The notes: generated by a model not told the origin, from the sequence alone. DNA of 64,000 nucleotides from an uncultured Spirochaetota bacterium (GCA_963781885.1 CAWAHW010000001.1:320001-384000); one strand, 5' to 3'. Shown: positions 50,721 through 60,715, numbered from the stretch's first letter. Made by a program: numbers and translations.

Positions 50721-51162
50721 AGTCTTCCAGCAGCTTGAACACCGTGTCCGGCGTGACCGCCTGGATGATCGCTTTGCGCTTTTCCTTGTCGCGGATGATC
50801 AGCGTGAGCTTTGCGAGGATGCGCAGGTAATTCTCGTGCTCCTCGGGTCCGGCGATCAGGAAGGCGAGGTGCACCGGCTTCTCGTCCAGCGACTGCCACT
50901 CCACGCCGTCGCGGAAGACCCCGATGGTGATGAAGAAGTCCTTCACCCACTTGCTCTTGATATGGGGAATGGCCACGTTCTGGCCGATGCCTGTCGTCAC
51001 GATGTATTCGCGGTCAAGGACCGCATTCTGGAACTGCTCGAAATCGATCACGTGCCGCGGATCGTCGGAGAGGGAGATGAGCTTGGCCAGCGCGTCCTGC
51101 TTGTCCCGTGCCTCCAGAAACGCGATCCGCTCGCGCGCGATGTAGTCTTTTAAATTGATCAT
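50716..51162 (-). CDS. PTS EIIA component (fructose/Ntr type)
   Basis: DREYIVTTGIGQNVAIPH (phospho-His), WQSLDEKPVHL, YLRILAKL. Confidence 0.9.
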   Translation of the reverse strand: MINLKDYIARERIAFLEARDKQDALAKLISLSDDPRHVIDFEQFQNAVLDREYIVTTGIGQNVAIPHIKSKWVKDFFITIGVFRDGVEWQSLDEKPVHLAFLIAGPEEHENYLRILAKLTLIIRDKEKRKAIIQAVTPDTVFKLLEDS

Positions 51163-51256
51163 GACGTACTTCAATTTACAGAATTATCGAGAACGGTGCA
51201 AGGCCGGGCATTGGCGGGTGGTCCGGGACATCCGCCCGGCGCCCGACCCGGGGCGC

Positions 51257-52363
51257 TCAGGGCGATTTCGGCGCAGGGACGGTGCGGTTTTCGGCGAAAC
51301 GTGCGAGCTTTTCCTGAAAGCCGGGCCGGGCCAGCACCTCGCGGTTGATTACGTTCTCCGGCTCTTCCCCCTGCGCGACACGAAGCATGCCGGTGGACAT
51401 CGCGAGGCCCGTCTCCCGCCAGATGTCGGTTGTCGCGGGGGACCAGTGCGGCGTGAGGATGACATTGGGAAGCGCGATCAGCGGATCGTCCACCGGCAGC
51501 GGCTCCACCGCGAACACGTCCAGCCCGGCGCCCGCGATCCGGCCCGCTGCCAGCGCTTCCGCCAGCGCCGGCTGATCCACGATCTCACCGCGCGCGATAT
51601 TGATGAGATACGCCGTGGGCTTCATACGGCCTATCTCGTTCGGCCCGATCAGGCGGCGCGATTCGGGGGTGAGGCGCGCATGGATGCTCACGAAATCCGC
51701 CTCCGCCATCAGCTCATCAAGCGGCGCAAGCCGCACGCCCAGCGCCGCCGCCTCCCGGGGATCGGCATGCGGGGAATAAGCGACGATGCGCATGGAGAAT
51801 GGAGCCACCAGGCGCACGAGCTCCCTGCCGCTGTGACCGAGCCCGACGATGCCCAGGGACCGTCCCGTGAGCTCGGCGCCCATGACGGCAGGCTGCAGGT
51901 CCCAGCGGCCGTCGCGCGTGATGCGGTCCTGCGCGAAAAGCCTTTTTGACAGCGCGAGCATGAAGAGGAGCGCGGTGGACGCGGTGGAATGGTTGAGGGC
52001 ATGCGGGGCGTTGAAAAGCACGACGTCGTTGTCCGTGCACGCGGCGACGTCGATCTTGTCGAAGCCCGCGCCCGAGCGGCCGATGGCGACCAGGCGGGAC
52101 GCCCCGCGCGCGAATGTGGCGCGCTTCACCCAGGGTCGCAGCACGACCAGCCCGTCAATGTCGGCAATGTGCGCGGGCGTCACCTCCAGCGAGTAGAGAC
52201 GGTCCCAGTAGCCGGGGTCGTCCTTGCGCGGGGCATGATCGCGCGTGAAGTCGTAGCGGATAAAGGGGGCCTGCCGCAGCAGGTCGAGCCGGATGTCGCC
52301 GTACGCGCTTGTCCCTTCAAGGTTGAGAAAATCGCCGGTGAGCGCGAGCTGGAAGGTGCGCAC
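51257..52363 (-). CDS. D-isomer-specific 2-hydroxyacid dehydrogenase
   Basis: GAGFDKID, GIVGLGHSG, INIARG, GAGLDVFAVEP, LTPH. Confidence 0.9.
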   Translation of the reverse strand: MRTFQLALTGDFLNLEGTSAYGDIRLDLLRQAPFIRYDFTRDHAPRKDDPGYWDRLYSLEVTPAHIADIDGLVVLRPWVKRATFARGASRLVAIGRSGAGFDKIDVAACTDNDVVLFNAPHALNHSTASTALLFMLALSKRLFAQDRITRDGRWDLQPAVMGAELTGRSLGIVGLGHSGRELVRLVAPFSMRIVAYSPHADPREAAALGVRLAPLDELMAEADFVSIHARLTPESRRLIGPNEIGRMKPTAYLINIARGEIVDQPALAEALAAGRIAGAGLDVFAVEPLPVDDPLIALPNVILTPHWSPATTDIWRETGLAMSTGMLRVAQGEEPENVINREVLARPGFQEKLARFAENRTVPAPKSP

Positions 52364-52367
52364 CGGC

Positions 52368-53582
52368 TCACCCCTTCGAGGGGTCGTAGCGGTGGCGCTC
52401 GTCGGAGGATTCCACGTGCACGTCGGGCCGGCGCAGGACTTCCTCCCGCAGCCTGGTGCCCAGGCCCGGAGCGTCGGAAAGTGAAAGCATGCCGTCGGCG
52501 ATGTGGACGTCCTCCGTCACCACTTCGGGGTACCAGCCCCGACAGTACGAGCGGACCGTTTCCATGACCATTGCGTTGGGGATGTGCAGCATCAGGTGCG
52601 CGGCGGACCGCAGCGACACCGGACCGATGGCGTCATGCGTCGTGATGGGCAGGTAGTAGGTGTCGGCAAGGGTGCAGATCCTGCGTGTTTCGGTGAGACC
52701 GCCCGTCCAGGCGAGATCGGGCATGACAATATCGGCAGCATTCTGCTGGACGAATTGTCGGAAGCCGAATCGCGTGAAGACGCGCTCGCTCGCGCACAGC
52801 GGTATCGTGGTGGCAGCCTTCAGCCGCATGTAGGATTCTATGTTGTCGGGCGGGATCATTTCCTCCAGCCACATGATATCCAGCGGTTCCAACGCCCGCG
52901 CGATCCGCACGGCATGCGGGAGATCCCACCGCGTATGGCCTTCGATGGCGATCCGCATCCGGTCTCCGACGGCCTTGCGGATGTTTTCGACGTATGAGAC
53001 GCCCTTTTTGAGATTCTCCGTGCTGAGCGTGTGCGTGACGGGGCCCACTGCCTCCGCTCCCGCCCGCTGCCCGATAGGTCCGCCTAGTGAGGTGCCGAAC
53101 TGGTCGAAGGGCCAGATCTTCATGGCCGTGATGCCTTCGCGGAGGAGATCCGCGGCCAGCTCGCCCGCGCGGCCTTCGCGCCACGTGTGGTAGTCTTGAA
53201 GGGGTCCATAGCTGATGCACGTGTTGTAGATGGGGATGCGGTCTCTGTTGCGGCCACCCAGCAGCGCGTAAATGGGCTCTCCACAGTGTTGGCCGAGTAT
53301 GTCCCAAAGCGCCACGTCCACGGCGCTCAACGCGCGGGTCTCGGCGCCGGCGTACCCGAAGAAGTTCACGGTGGAGAACAGGTTCGCCCAGTGATTGTCG
53401 ATGTCGCGCGGGTCACGCCCCAGGAGGAGCGTTGCAAAAACGTCATGGATGATGGCGCTCACGGCGCGCGGCGCGTAGTAGGTCTCGCCCAGACCCACCA
53501 GACCGTCGTCGGTGTGGATGCGCAGCCACATCGTGTTCGGTTGTGCGTCGAACCAGATGGTCTCCAGGCGCGCGATCTTCAC
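52368..53582 (-). CDS. Mandelate racemase/enolase-superfamily acid-sugar dehydratase
   Basis: GLVGLGE, SAVDVALWDI.G...PIYALLGG, KIWPF, EGH, WLEE, ASE, THD. Confidence 0.88.
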   Translation of the reverse strand: MKIARLETIWFDAQPNTMWLRIHTDDGLVGLGETYYAPRAVSAIIHDVFATLLLGRDPRDIDNHWANLFSTVNFFGYAGAETRALSAVDVALWDILGQHCGEPIYALLGGRNRDRIPIYNTCISYGPLQDYHTWREGRAGELAADLLREGITAMKIWPFDQFGTSLGGPIGQRAGAEAVGPVTHTLSTENLKKGVSYVENIRKAVGDRMRIAIEGHTRWDLPHAVRIARALEPLDIMWLEEMIPPDNIESYMRLKAATTIPLCASERVFTRFGFRQFVQQNAADIVMPDLAWTGGLTETRRICTLADTYYLPITTHDAIGPVSLRSAAHLMLHIPNAMVMETVRSYCRGWYPEVVTEDVHIADGMLSLSDAPGLGTRLREEVLRRPDVHVESSDERHRYDPSKG

Positions 53583-53684
53583 GGCAAGCTGAAATGTAGT
53601 GAAAGTGGTGCCGGTCGGCCACCGCAGCCACGGTACATCGTGGCATTTGCGGCCACCGGATTCCGGCGGCGACAGGCGGCTGCT

Positions 53685-54773
53685 CTACGGCGTCACCGGG
53701 AAACGGATCGGCGCGTGCGTCTCCTGGGAGCGGTAGATCGCCGTGACGATCTCCACGGTCTTGCGGCCCTCCTCCCCGCTCACCGCGGGCGCGCGTCCCT
53801 GCCGGATTGCCTGCACGAAATCATTCACCTGCTGCTGATGGTAGTACTCGGTGGCCGGCACTTTCTTGAAGAGCTCCGCGTCCTCTTTCTGCCACTGGGC
53901 CAGGAGCTGCTCCTCGCCGGGCACGGTCCAGCGGTAATTGATCGGCGGCTCGGCGATGGTGGTCATGCCGGCAATAAACATCGCACCGCCATCGGTCTGC
54001 ACGCCCACCGTGGCGCCATTGTCGCCGTGGACCCATACCTTGCCGAAGAGCGCGGGATTCTGTGCATTGCTCACGACGATGCTCCCCAGCGCTCCGCCCC
54101 TGAATCTGAGGATTGCCACGCCCGTATCCTCCACCTCGATGTAGGGGTGATTGAGATTCGCCCAGTAGCCGCACAGCTCTTCCACCGGCCCCATGTACCA
54201 CTGCAGGAGGTCGATCTGGTGCGGCGCTTGGTTTGCAAGCACCCCGCCGCCTTCCTCCTTCCACGTGCCGCGCCAGGGGTCGCTGTCGTAGTAGCGCTTG
54301 TCGCGCCAGCCCAGCATGTGGACCGTGCCGAGCACCGGCCGGCCGATTTTGCCGTCGTCGATCGCCCGCCGCACGCGCTGCACGGGGGCATACCACCGGC
54401 GCTGCGCGATGGAGCCCAGCAGCACGCCGGCCTTTTTTGCCGCGGCGATCATCGCATCGCAGTCCGAAAGGCTCATCGCCAGCGGCTTTTCCACCAGCGC
54501 GTGCGCACCTGCGCGGATCGCGGCAAGGGCCGCCTCCGCGTGAAAGGGATGCGCGTTGCAGACGATGGCGAGGTCGATCGATTCCTTTTTCACCATCTCG
54601 CCGATGTCGCGGTGCGCGCTCACGCCATACTGCCCGGCAAAATCCCGCGCCTTCTCAAATGTCCTGTTCCAGACCGCGGCAAGCTCCGCGTCCGCAAGAC
54701 CCGCAAGACCCCGCGCGTAGATGTGGGCGACCTTTCCGCACCCGAGTAGTGCGGCCCTGACTTTCTCCTTCAC
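53685..54773 (-). CDS. Gfo/Idh/MocA oxidoreductase
   Basis: GCGKVA, EKPLA, GGGVLANQAPHQID, VED. Confidence 0.92.
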   Translation of the reverse strand: MKEKVRAALLGCGKVAHIYARGLAGLADAELAAVWNRTFEKARDFAGQYGVSAHRDIGEMVKKESIDLAIVCNAHPFHAEAALAAIRAGAHALVEKPLAMSLSDCDAMIAAAKKAGVLLGSIAQRRWYAPVQRVRRAIDDGKIGRPVLGTVHMLGWRDKRYYDSDPWRGTWKEEGGGVLANQAPHQIDLLQWYMGPVEELCGYWANLNHPYIEVEDTGVAILRFRGGALGSIVVSNAQNPALFGKVWVHGDNGATVGVQTDGGAMFIAGMTTIAEPPINYRWTVPGEEQLLAQWQKEDAELFKKVPATEYYHQQQVNDFVQAIRQGRAPAVSGEEGRKTVEIVTAIYRSQETHAPIRFPVTP

Positions 54774-54774
54774 C

Positions 54775-55566
54775 TCAGAAGTCCCTGTTGAACCCCGAGG
54801 TCCACCCGCCGTCGACCACGAGATTCTGGCCGTTCACGTACGACGCACGTTCTGATGCGAGGAAAAGCACCGCCTCTGCGATTTCCTCCGGTTCGCCCGG
54901 CCTTCCTTCCGGTATGAACGACACGAGGCGCTGGGCGAACTCTTTGAAGCTGCCGTCCTCACCGTAGAAGAGCTTCCGCGTCGGCTCCGTGACCGTGGAG
55001 CCGGGCGACACGGCATTCACCCGTATCCCCAATGGCCCCAGCTCGCAGGCCATGGCCTCCGTCATCTTGATGACCGCCGCTTTCGCCGCCACGAAGCCGA
55101 TCTGCAGCCGCAGCGCGACGACGCCCGCCGCCGATGCGATATTCACGATCGCGCCGGACTTCTGCCGCACCATGAGCGCGGCGCCGGCCCGTGCGCAGTA
55201 GAATGTGCCGCTCAGGTCCACGCCGATGATGCGCCGCCAGGTCTCCTCGGGATACCTGTCCACGGTCACGCGCTCATCCTGGCCCGTCGTGTTGATGCCG
55301 GCATTGTTCACCAATATGTCCAGCCGGCCGAATCTTTCAGCCATGGCGTCGAAAAGGGCGTGCACCTGCCCGGGATCGCTCACGTCACAGGCGATGAAAT
55401 GACCGCGGCCGCCCAGCTCTTCCGCCGTCGCGCGGCCCTCCGCTGCCTTGACGTCGGAGACGATCACCGTCGCCTGGGCCGTGGCAAGCGCCTTGGCGAC
55501 GGCCTTCCCGATGCCCTGCGCGGCACCCGTGACCACCGCCACCTTGCCTTGCAGATCCTTTTCCAT
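54775..55566 (-). CDS. SDR oxidoreductase with Phe in place of the catalytic Tyr
   Basis: TGAAQGIG, NNAG, NIAS, FVAAK where YxxxK is expected, VNAVSPG, VDGG. Confidence 0.88.
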   Translation of the reverse strand: MEKDLQGKVAVVTGAAQGIGKAVAKALATAQATVIVSDVKAAEGRATAEELGGRGHFIACDVSDPGQVHALFDAMAERFGRLDILVNNAGINTTGQDERVTVDRYPEETWRRIIGVDLSGTFYCARAGAALMVRQKSGAIVNIASAAGVVALRLQIGFVAAKAAVIKMTEAMACELGPLGIRVNAVSPGSTVTEPTRKLFYGEDGSFKEFAQRLVSFIPEGRPGEPEEIAEAVLFLASERASYVNGQNLVVDGGWTSGFNRDF

Positions 55567-55589
55567 ATGCACCTCGTGTCGAGAGAATG

Positions 55590-56726
55590 TCAGGGAGCGG
55601 ACCGATAGCTGCCATAGAGGAGCGCCGCGTCGTAGAGCGCGGTGATTTTCTCCGGCGGGATGTCAAACTGTATGTTGTGCACCGGCGTGAAGACAAAGCC
55701 GCCACCGGGGGCAAGATCCGCGGTGCGCCGGCGCACCTCTTCACGCACCTCGTCGATCGTGCCGAAGGGCAGGACATGCTGCGTGTCGCAGCCGCCGCCC
55801 CAGAAGGTGACGCGGTCCCCGAACTTCCTCTTCAGCTCGCGCGAATCCATGCCGGCCGCGGAGACCTGCACGGGGTTGATCGCATCGATGCCGATCTCGA
55901 TCAGGTCGGGGATGAGCTCCGCGATGGCCCCGCAGCTGTGGATCAGGATTTTCGCGTTCGAGTGCTCCTTCAGGAACGCATAGAACTTCGCCTGGCGCGG
56001 CTTGATGAATGCGCGATAGAGCGCGGGCGATATCATGAGGCCGCTCTCCGTGCCCAGGTCGTCGGCAACCTTGATGACGTCGACGCGCGTGCCCACCGCG
56101 GCGAGCGCTTTGGCCGCAAGGCGCAGCGCGTAGTCGAGCATCCGGTCCAGAAGCTCCTCGATGAAGTCCACGTTGATGAGGAAGTCCATGTAGAACTGCG
56201 CGTGCCCGCGCAGCCAGGAGGGAAGACCGAAGATGGTTTCGCTGAAGCCGTTCAGGACGACGCCGTACGGGCTTTCGTCATGGAGCTCCGCGGCCGCCTG
56301 CGCGAGCCCTTCGAACCTGCGCGGATCCTCCGGGTCGGGCCAGGCGAAGCGGTCGAGGTCTTCGCGCGTCGCTTCCGCAAGCGGATGCGCGAACATGTCG
56401 TAGTAGTTGCCGTCCGCCCCCGGCCGATAGCGCACGCCCCACTCGTCGCGGTAGCTTCCATCGGGATCGCCCTGCCAGCCGCGCGCCGGCTTCAGGAAGA
56501 GCTGGCGCGTGTCGATGCCGAATCTCCGCAGCACCGGCTCGTCCACCCGCACCACCTGCTGCATGCGGTCGATGAGGGGCGGCTCCGCCAGGTCCATGCC
56601 CAGGTGCGTGAGCAAAAGTCTGTAGGCCTTTCGATGGATCGAGGTCGCGGAGTTGCCCATGTCCAGCGGGACCCGGTCGGGTTCCTGGTGGGCAAGGGCC
56701 CGCAACAGCCTTTCGCGTGGCGTCAT
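55590..56726 (-). CDS. UroD/MtaA-CmuA family TIM-barrel protein
   Basis: MTPRER...HQEPDRVP, DEWG, DDLG, HSCG, INPVQ, WGGGCDTQ, GGFV..PVHNI. Confidence 0.88.
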   Translation of the reverse strand: MTPRERLLRALAHQEPDRVPLDMGNSATSIHRKAYRLLLTHLGMDLAEPPLIDRMQQVVRVDEPVLRRFGIDTRQLFLKPARGWQGDPDGSYRDEWGVRYRPGADGNYYDMFAHPLAEATREDLDRFAWPDPEDPRRFEGLAQAAAELHDESPYGVVLNGFSETIFGLPSWLRGHAQFYMDFLINVDFIEELLDRMLDYALRLAAKALAAVGTRVDVIKVADDLGTESGLMISPALYRAFIKPRQAKFYAFLKEHSNAKILIHSCGAIAELIPDLIEIGIDAINPVQVSAAGMDSRELKRKFGDRVTFWGGGCDTQHVLPFGTIDEVREEVRRRTADLAPGGGFVFTPVHNIQFDIPPEKITALYDAALLYGSYRSAP

Positions 56727-56749
56727 TCCCTGTCCTTGTCGCCCGGACT

Positions 56750-58243
56750 TTAGCTCACGGCTTCGCCAAGAGAAGCCCTGATGATGTTTTCCTTCGTCAG
56801 GCGCTCGCCGCCGAGCTCTTCCCTGATTTTACCATCATACATGACGAGCACACGGTCGCACACGTGCACGAGCTCGTCCGTCGTCGTCGAATAGAAGAGG
56901 ATGCCGTTGCCGTCGCGCGCGAGGTCCCGCATGAGGTGGAATATCTCCGTTTTCGTGCCGACGTCGACGCCGCGGGTCGGATCGAACATGAGGAAGATGC
57001 TCGGGTGCGCCGAGAGGAGCTTGGCGATGACGACCTTTTGCTGATTGCCGCCGCTCAGGGTGCCGACGCGCGACTCCATGCTTTCCGCCTTGATCTTCAG
57101 CACCTGCATAAGGTCGGCCGCGACCTTCCGCTCTTTGCGCATGCTCACCAGTCCGTTCACCTCGAGGCTCCGGAGGATGGGCAGCGTGATATTCTCCCGT
57201 ATCGCCATCGACATGACCAGGCCCTGGTTTCCCTTGTCCTCGGGTATCAGGGCGATGCCGCTGGCGATGCTGCCGCGCGGGTTTTTAATCTCCACCTTTG
57301 CGCCGTTCACGACGATATCCCCGCGGGCTTTCATGATGCCGAACAGTGACAGGAAAAGCGGCGTCTGCCCCTGGCCGACCAGACCGCCGACACCCAGCAC
57401 CTCGCCCCGGTGGAGCTTCAGGCCGACGTCAGCCATCTTCCCTTCGATGCTGAGACCCCGGGTCTCCAGGATTACCTCGTCGCCGATATGGCTCTCCTTC
57501 TTCGGGAAGTAGTTCGTCACCTCCCTGCCGAGCATGAGCGACACGAGCTCGTCGGAGCTCGTCTCCCCCATTGCCCGCACGCCGACATGGGTTCCATTGC
57601 GGAACACGGTCACCTTGTCGGCGACATTCTTCACCTCGTTCATCCGGTGGGAGATGAAGATCACGATCTTCTTCTGCGTCGCAAGCTGCCGCATGAGGCG
57701 CAGCAGCCATTCCACCCGGTCCTCCGCCAGCCCGGCGGTCGGCTCGTCCAGCACGAGCACCTGCGGCTCACGGGCGAGCACCTTCACGATCTCCACGACC
57801 TGCTGCTCGGACACGGTGAGCTTGCTCACCTCGGTTTTCGGGTCGATGCCCGACACCTGGTAGGACTCCAGCAGCGCGGCGGTCTTTCGGTTCAGGACCT
57901 TGCCGGGCATCGTGCCGAACGCGTTCATGGCGCCGCGCCCGAAGAAGACATTCTCCGCCACGGTGAAGACCGGCACGAGGCTCAGCTCCTGGAAGACCGT
58001 TCCGATGCCCGCCCGGATCGCCCCCCGCGGCGATTTCGTATGGACGGGCACACCGTCCAGCGTGATGCTCCCCCTGTCCTGCCGCACGACCCTGCTCAGG
58101 ATGCGCACGAGCGTGCTCTTGCCGGCGCCGTTTTCCCCCAGCAGGGCGTGGATTTCGCCTCGATTCGCGGCAAAGTCCGCTCCGATGAGGGCTTTGACTT
58201 CCCCATAGGACTTCGTGATGTCTTCCATCAGTAGATCAGGCAT
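56750..58243 (-). CDS. Sugar ABC ATP-binding protein (RbsA-type, CUT2)
   Basis: GENGAGKST, FQELSL, LDEPT, LSGGNQQK, PTRGVDVG. Confidence 0.93.
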   Translation of the reverse strand: MPDLLMEDITKSYGEVKALIGADFAANRGEIHALLGENGAGKSTLVRILSRVVRQDRGSITLDGVPVHTKSPRGAIRAGIGTVFQELSLVPVFTVAENVFFGRGAMNAFGTMPGKVLNRKTAALLESYQVSGIDPKTEVSKLTVSEQQVVEIVKVLAREPQVLVLDEPTAGLAEDRVEWLLRLMRQLATQKKIVIFISHRMNEVKNVADKVTVFRNGTHVGVRAMGETSSDELVSLMLGREVTNYFPKKESHIGDEVILETRGLSIEGKMADVGLKLHRGEVLGVGGLVGQGQTPLFLSLFGIMKARGDIVVNGAKVEIKNPRGSIASGIALIPEDKGNQGLVMSMAIRENITLPILRSLEVNGLVSMRKERKVAADLMQVLKIKAESMESRVGTLSGGNQQKVVIAKLLSAHPSIFLMFDPTRGVDVGTKTEIFHLMRDLARDGNGILFYSTTTDELVHVCDRVLVMYDGKIREELGGERLTKENIIRASLGEAVS

Positions 58244-58327
58244 GTGGACCGGCTTTCCGTGCGATGATGAAATGAAGAACGGTATCTTCCCGCGTCGCCG
58301 CGGGTCGATACCGTTCACACGTCGCGC

Positions 58328-59353
58328 CTACTGGGTGACGACAGCCTCCTGGGCCGTCAGTTGCACCGGGAAATCCTTCGGCAGCACGGGCCAGTCGAAG
58401 CCATACGGCATTTCGCGCCAGGCGTTCACGCCCAGGGCGATCTTTTCAAGGGGCGCGCCGGCATTGATGCTCGAGTCGGTGGCGAGGAACAGCGGGTCGA
58501 TGAGCATGTGCTTCGGCGGGTTGGCGCCCTTGAGGATATCGATCGCGGTCTTGTAGGCAAGGGCGCCCAGACCGGGGATGTTGTTGGCGATGATCACGTT
58601 GGCCTTGGCGTCGATTGCCGCCAGGATGTCGCCGTTGTAGTCGAAGCCGGACATGGGAACCATGGGATGGCCGGCGTCCGTGAGCGCCTTGATCACGGGG
58701 CCCGTGTAGCCCTGGGTGAAGACGGCGGCGATCTTCGGCCGGGACGCCATGATGCTGTTCATGCCCTGCAGGGTGGGTCCCTGCGCGTACTGTCCATCGA
58801 ATCCCGCGACGATCTTGATGCCCGGGTACTGGGCGAAGACGGCGCGCGCGCCATCCTCCAGCTGCTTGGAAATCGGGGCGCCGGGGAGGCCGCGGTCAAT
58901 GACGATGTCGCCCTTGCCGCCGATGGCCTTCGCGATATACGTGGCCTGGACCTTGGGGACCTTGTTGAAGTCCGTCTCGATCTTCCAGGCCTGCGCGTGA
59001 TCGACGACCTGGTCGAAGGAGATGATGACGACGCCCGCCTTGATGGCGCGGTCGATGGCGGGGTTCAGCGCGCTCGGGGACGCTGCGTCCACGAGGATGG
59101 CCTGGTAGCCCTGCTTCACGAGGCTGTCGATCGAATCGGACTGGGCCTCGGGCGTGTTGTCGCAGTTGATGATGGTGAGCGTCGCCTGGCTCTTGAGCGG
59201 CTCCTTGCCGGCAACGGCCTGGGCGACCTTTTCCATTTCCTGCCGCCAGTCGTTGCCCATGAACGAGTTGCTCAAGGCAATCTTGAAAGGAGCCGCCATT
59301 GCAAGAGAGGCTCCGCACAGAATCAATATGGCCAGGAGAAGTATTCTCTTCAT
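58328..59353 (-). CDS. Sugar ABC substrate-binding protein (RbsB-like)
   Basis: Signal peptide, IALSNSFMGNDWR, class I periplasmic binding fold, YPGIKIV. Confidence 0.9.
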   Translation of the reverse strand: MKRILLLAILILCGASLAMAAPFKIALSNSFMGNDWRQEMEKVAQAVAGKEPLKSQATLTIINCDNTPEAQSDSIDSLVKQGYQAILVDAASPSALNPAIDRAIKAGVVIISFDQVVDHAQAWKIETDFNKVPKVQATYIAKAIGGKGDIVIDRGLPGAPISKQLEDGARAVFAQYPGIKIVAGFDGQYAQGPTLQGMNSIMASRPKIAAVFTQGYTGPVIKALTDAGHPMVPMSGFDYNGDILAAIDAKANVIIANNIPGLGALAYKTAIDILKGANPPKHMLIDPLFLATDSSINAGAPLEKIALGVNAWREMPYGFDWPVLPKDFPVQLTAQEAVVTQ

Positions 59354-59442
59354 GTCCTTCCTTCCTCCGTTTGCTGTGTTTGAAAAACTTTGTGGATGTA
59401 AGAACGGAAAGAACGGTTTTCAGATTGGCATGCGCGACCTTC

Positions 59443-59469
59443 TCATCTGAAGGGTTTCGTGTAGGTCAT
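59443..59469 (-). other. Candidate 8-aa micro-ORF (MTYTKPFR) behind a perfect Shine-Dalgarno
   Basis: Minus strand reads AAGGAGGT-GGACCG-ATG ACC TAC ACG AAA CCC TTC AGA TGA. Confidence 0.35.
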
Positions 59470-59490
59470 CGGTCCACCTCCTTCTCTCTG

Positions 59491-60672
59491 CTACTCCATG
59501 CCCCAGGGAAACAGATTCAGGATCTCGTTGCCGGTCTCGGTCACCGCGACCATGCGCTCCAGCCGGGCCCCCGTGCTGCCGCCGGGACCTGCATAGACTC
59601 CCGGCTCGAAGCAGAAGACCATGCCGGTCTCCACGGGTGTGTTTTCAAACGGAACGACCCGGGGATTCTCATTGACGGTGGCGCCGATCTGGTGACCCGA
59701 GTAGTGGGTGACGCCGAATCCGTTCTTTGCGAACGCGTCCCGCACCGCGGCATCCACGTCAGAGCAGCGTGCGCCGGGCTTCAAGGCGCCGACTGCCGCC
59801 TCGAAACCGTCACGCGCGCCCTTGAAGTAGCGCCTCTGCTCCGCGGTGGGCTCCCGGCCGAAGACGACGACATTGCAGCAGTCCGACCAGTAGCCGTCCA
59901 CGCGCACGCTGATGTCGAGGATGCCGGTATCCCCCGCGCTGATGCGCCGCTGCTGCGGGCCGCCGGGGTAGCGCACTTCGCAGGTGCGCGGGCCCGTGAC
60001 AAGCTCGCCGACCAGCGGCACGGGGCTGCTTTTCTGCGCCGCCTCCTGCACGCGCGTGCCCAGGGCGGCCCACACCTCGAGCTCTGTTGCATTCGTGAAG
60101 TGCTGCGCCGCGTGCACGAGCTCCATCTGCCCGGCGTCCGCGATACGTGCGGCATTGCGCAGCAGGTCTATTTCCCGCCTTGTCTTGCGCCGGCGCGCCG
60201 CGTCCATGCTCGGTCTGCAGCTCACAGGTGAGGCCTTTTTGAACTCCTCCGCCAGGAGCTGCACGAGCGCCGCGGGGAGGGTTTCCAGCTCGATGCCGAT
60301 TTTCGTGCGCGTGCCGGGCGCCACGCCCGCGGCGCGCAGGGCGTCCCGCACGCAGCCGACAAAGCTTGCCAGGGGATCCACGGCCTTGAAAGTGTCGAAT
60401 ATGGGGTACTGCTTGATCGCGCCGAGCCTGTTTTCCGCCTTGGCCAGCCCTCCATAGGTATCGGCGACGAGCAGGACGCCGCTTTCTTCCCGGGCATTGA
60501 CGAGCACGAGGGCGAGCGGGTAGCCGCCGGAAAAGTCTGTCGGCGCACCCAGCGGCATCGGCACGTCGAAGCCGCTCACGTACGCGACGTTTTCATGAGA
60601 CGAGAGAAGTGCGAAGTCGAGCCCGGCATCACGGAGATTCGCGCACGCGCGTGAAAGCTCTTCTATTGCCAT
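59491..60672 (-). CDS. M24 family (Xaa-Pro/creatinase-fold) metallohydrolase
   Basis: Creatinase_N region; ligands ILD..GYWSD, HYSGHQIG, FEPG, RLE. Confidence 0.9.
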   Translation of the reverse strand: MAIEELSRACANLRDAGLDFALLSSHENVAYVSGFDVPMPLGAPTDFSGGYPLALVLVNAREESGVLLVADTYGGLAKAENRLGAIKQYPIFDTFKAVDPLASFVGCVRDALRAAGVAPGTRTKIGIELETLPAALVQLLAEEFKKASPVSCRPSMDAARRRKTRREIDLLRNAARIADAGQMELVHAAQHFTNATELEVWAALGTRVQEAAQKSSPVPLVGELVTGPRTCEVRYPGGPQQRRISAGDTGILDISVRVDGYWSDCCNVVVFGREPTAEQRRYFKGARDGFEAAVGALKPGARCSDVDAAVRDAFAKNGFGVTHYSGHQIGATVNENPRVVPFENTPVETGMVFCFEPGVYAGPGGSTGARLERMVAVTETGNEILNLFPWGME

Positions 60673-60715
60673 ATCCCCACCTCCGCAAAGCGGATGAGAC
60701 CGTTGTACGGCGAAA

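Noticed and set aside
50474-50950. 158-aa ORF spanning the repeat element
   Set aside because: Out-of-frame overlap with PTS IIA; its internal peptide repeat only reflects the DNA repeat.
55590-56726. Annotation as hemE (haem biosynthesis)
   Set aside because: Lacks the HemE WxMRQAGR motif, has HxC, and sits among catabolic genes.
59443-59469. Lasso-peptide-like precursor (YxKP motif)
   Set aside because: Only 8 codons, with no lasso cyclase, peptidase or RRE genes nearby.
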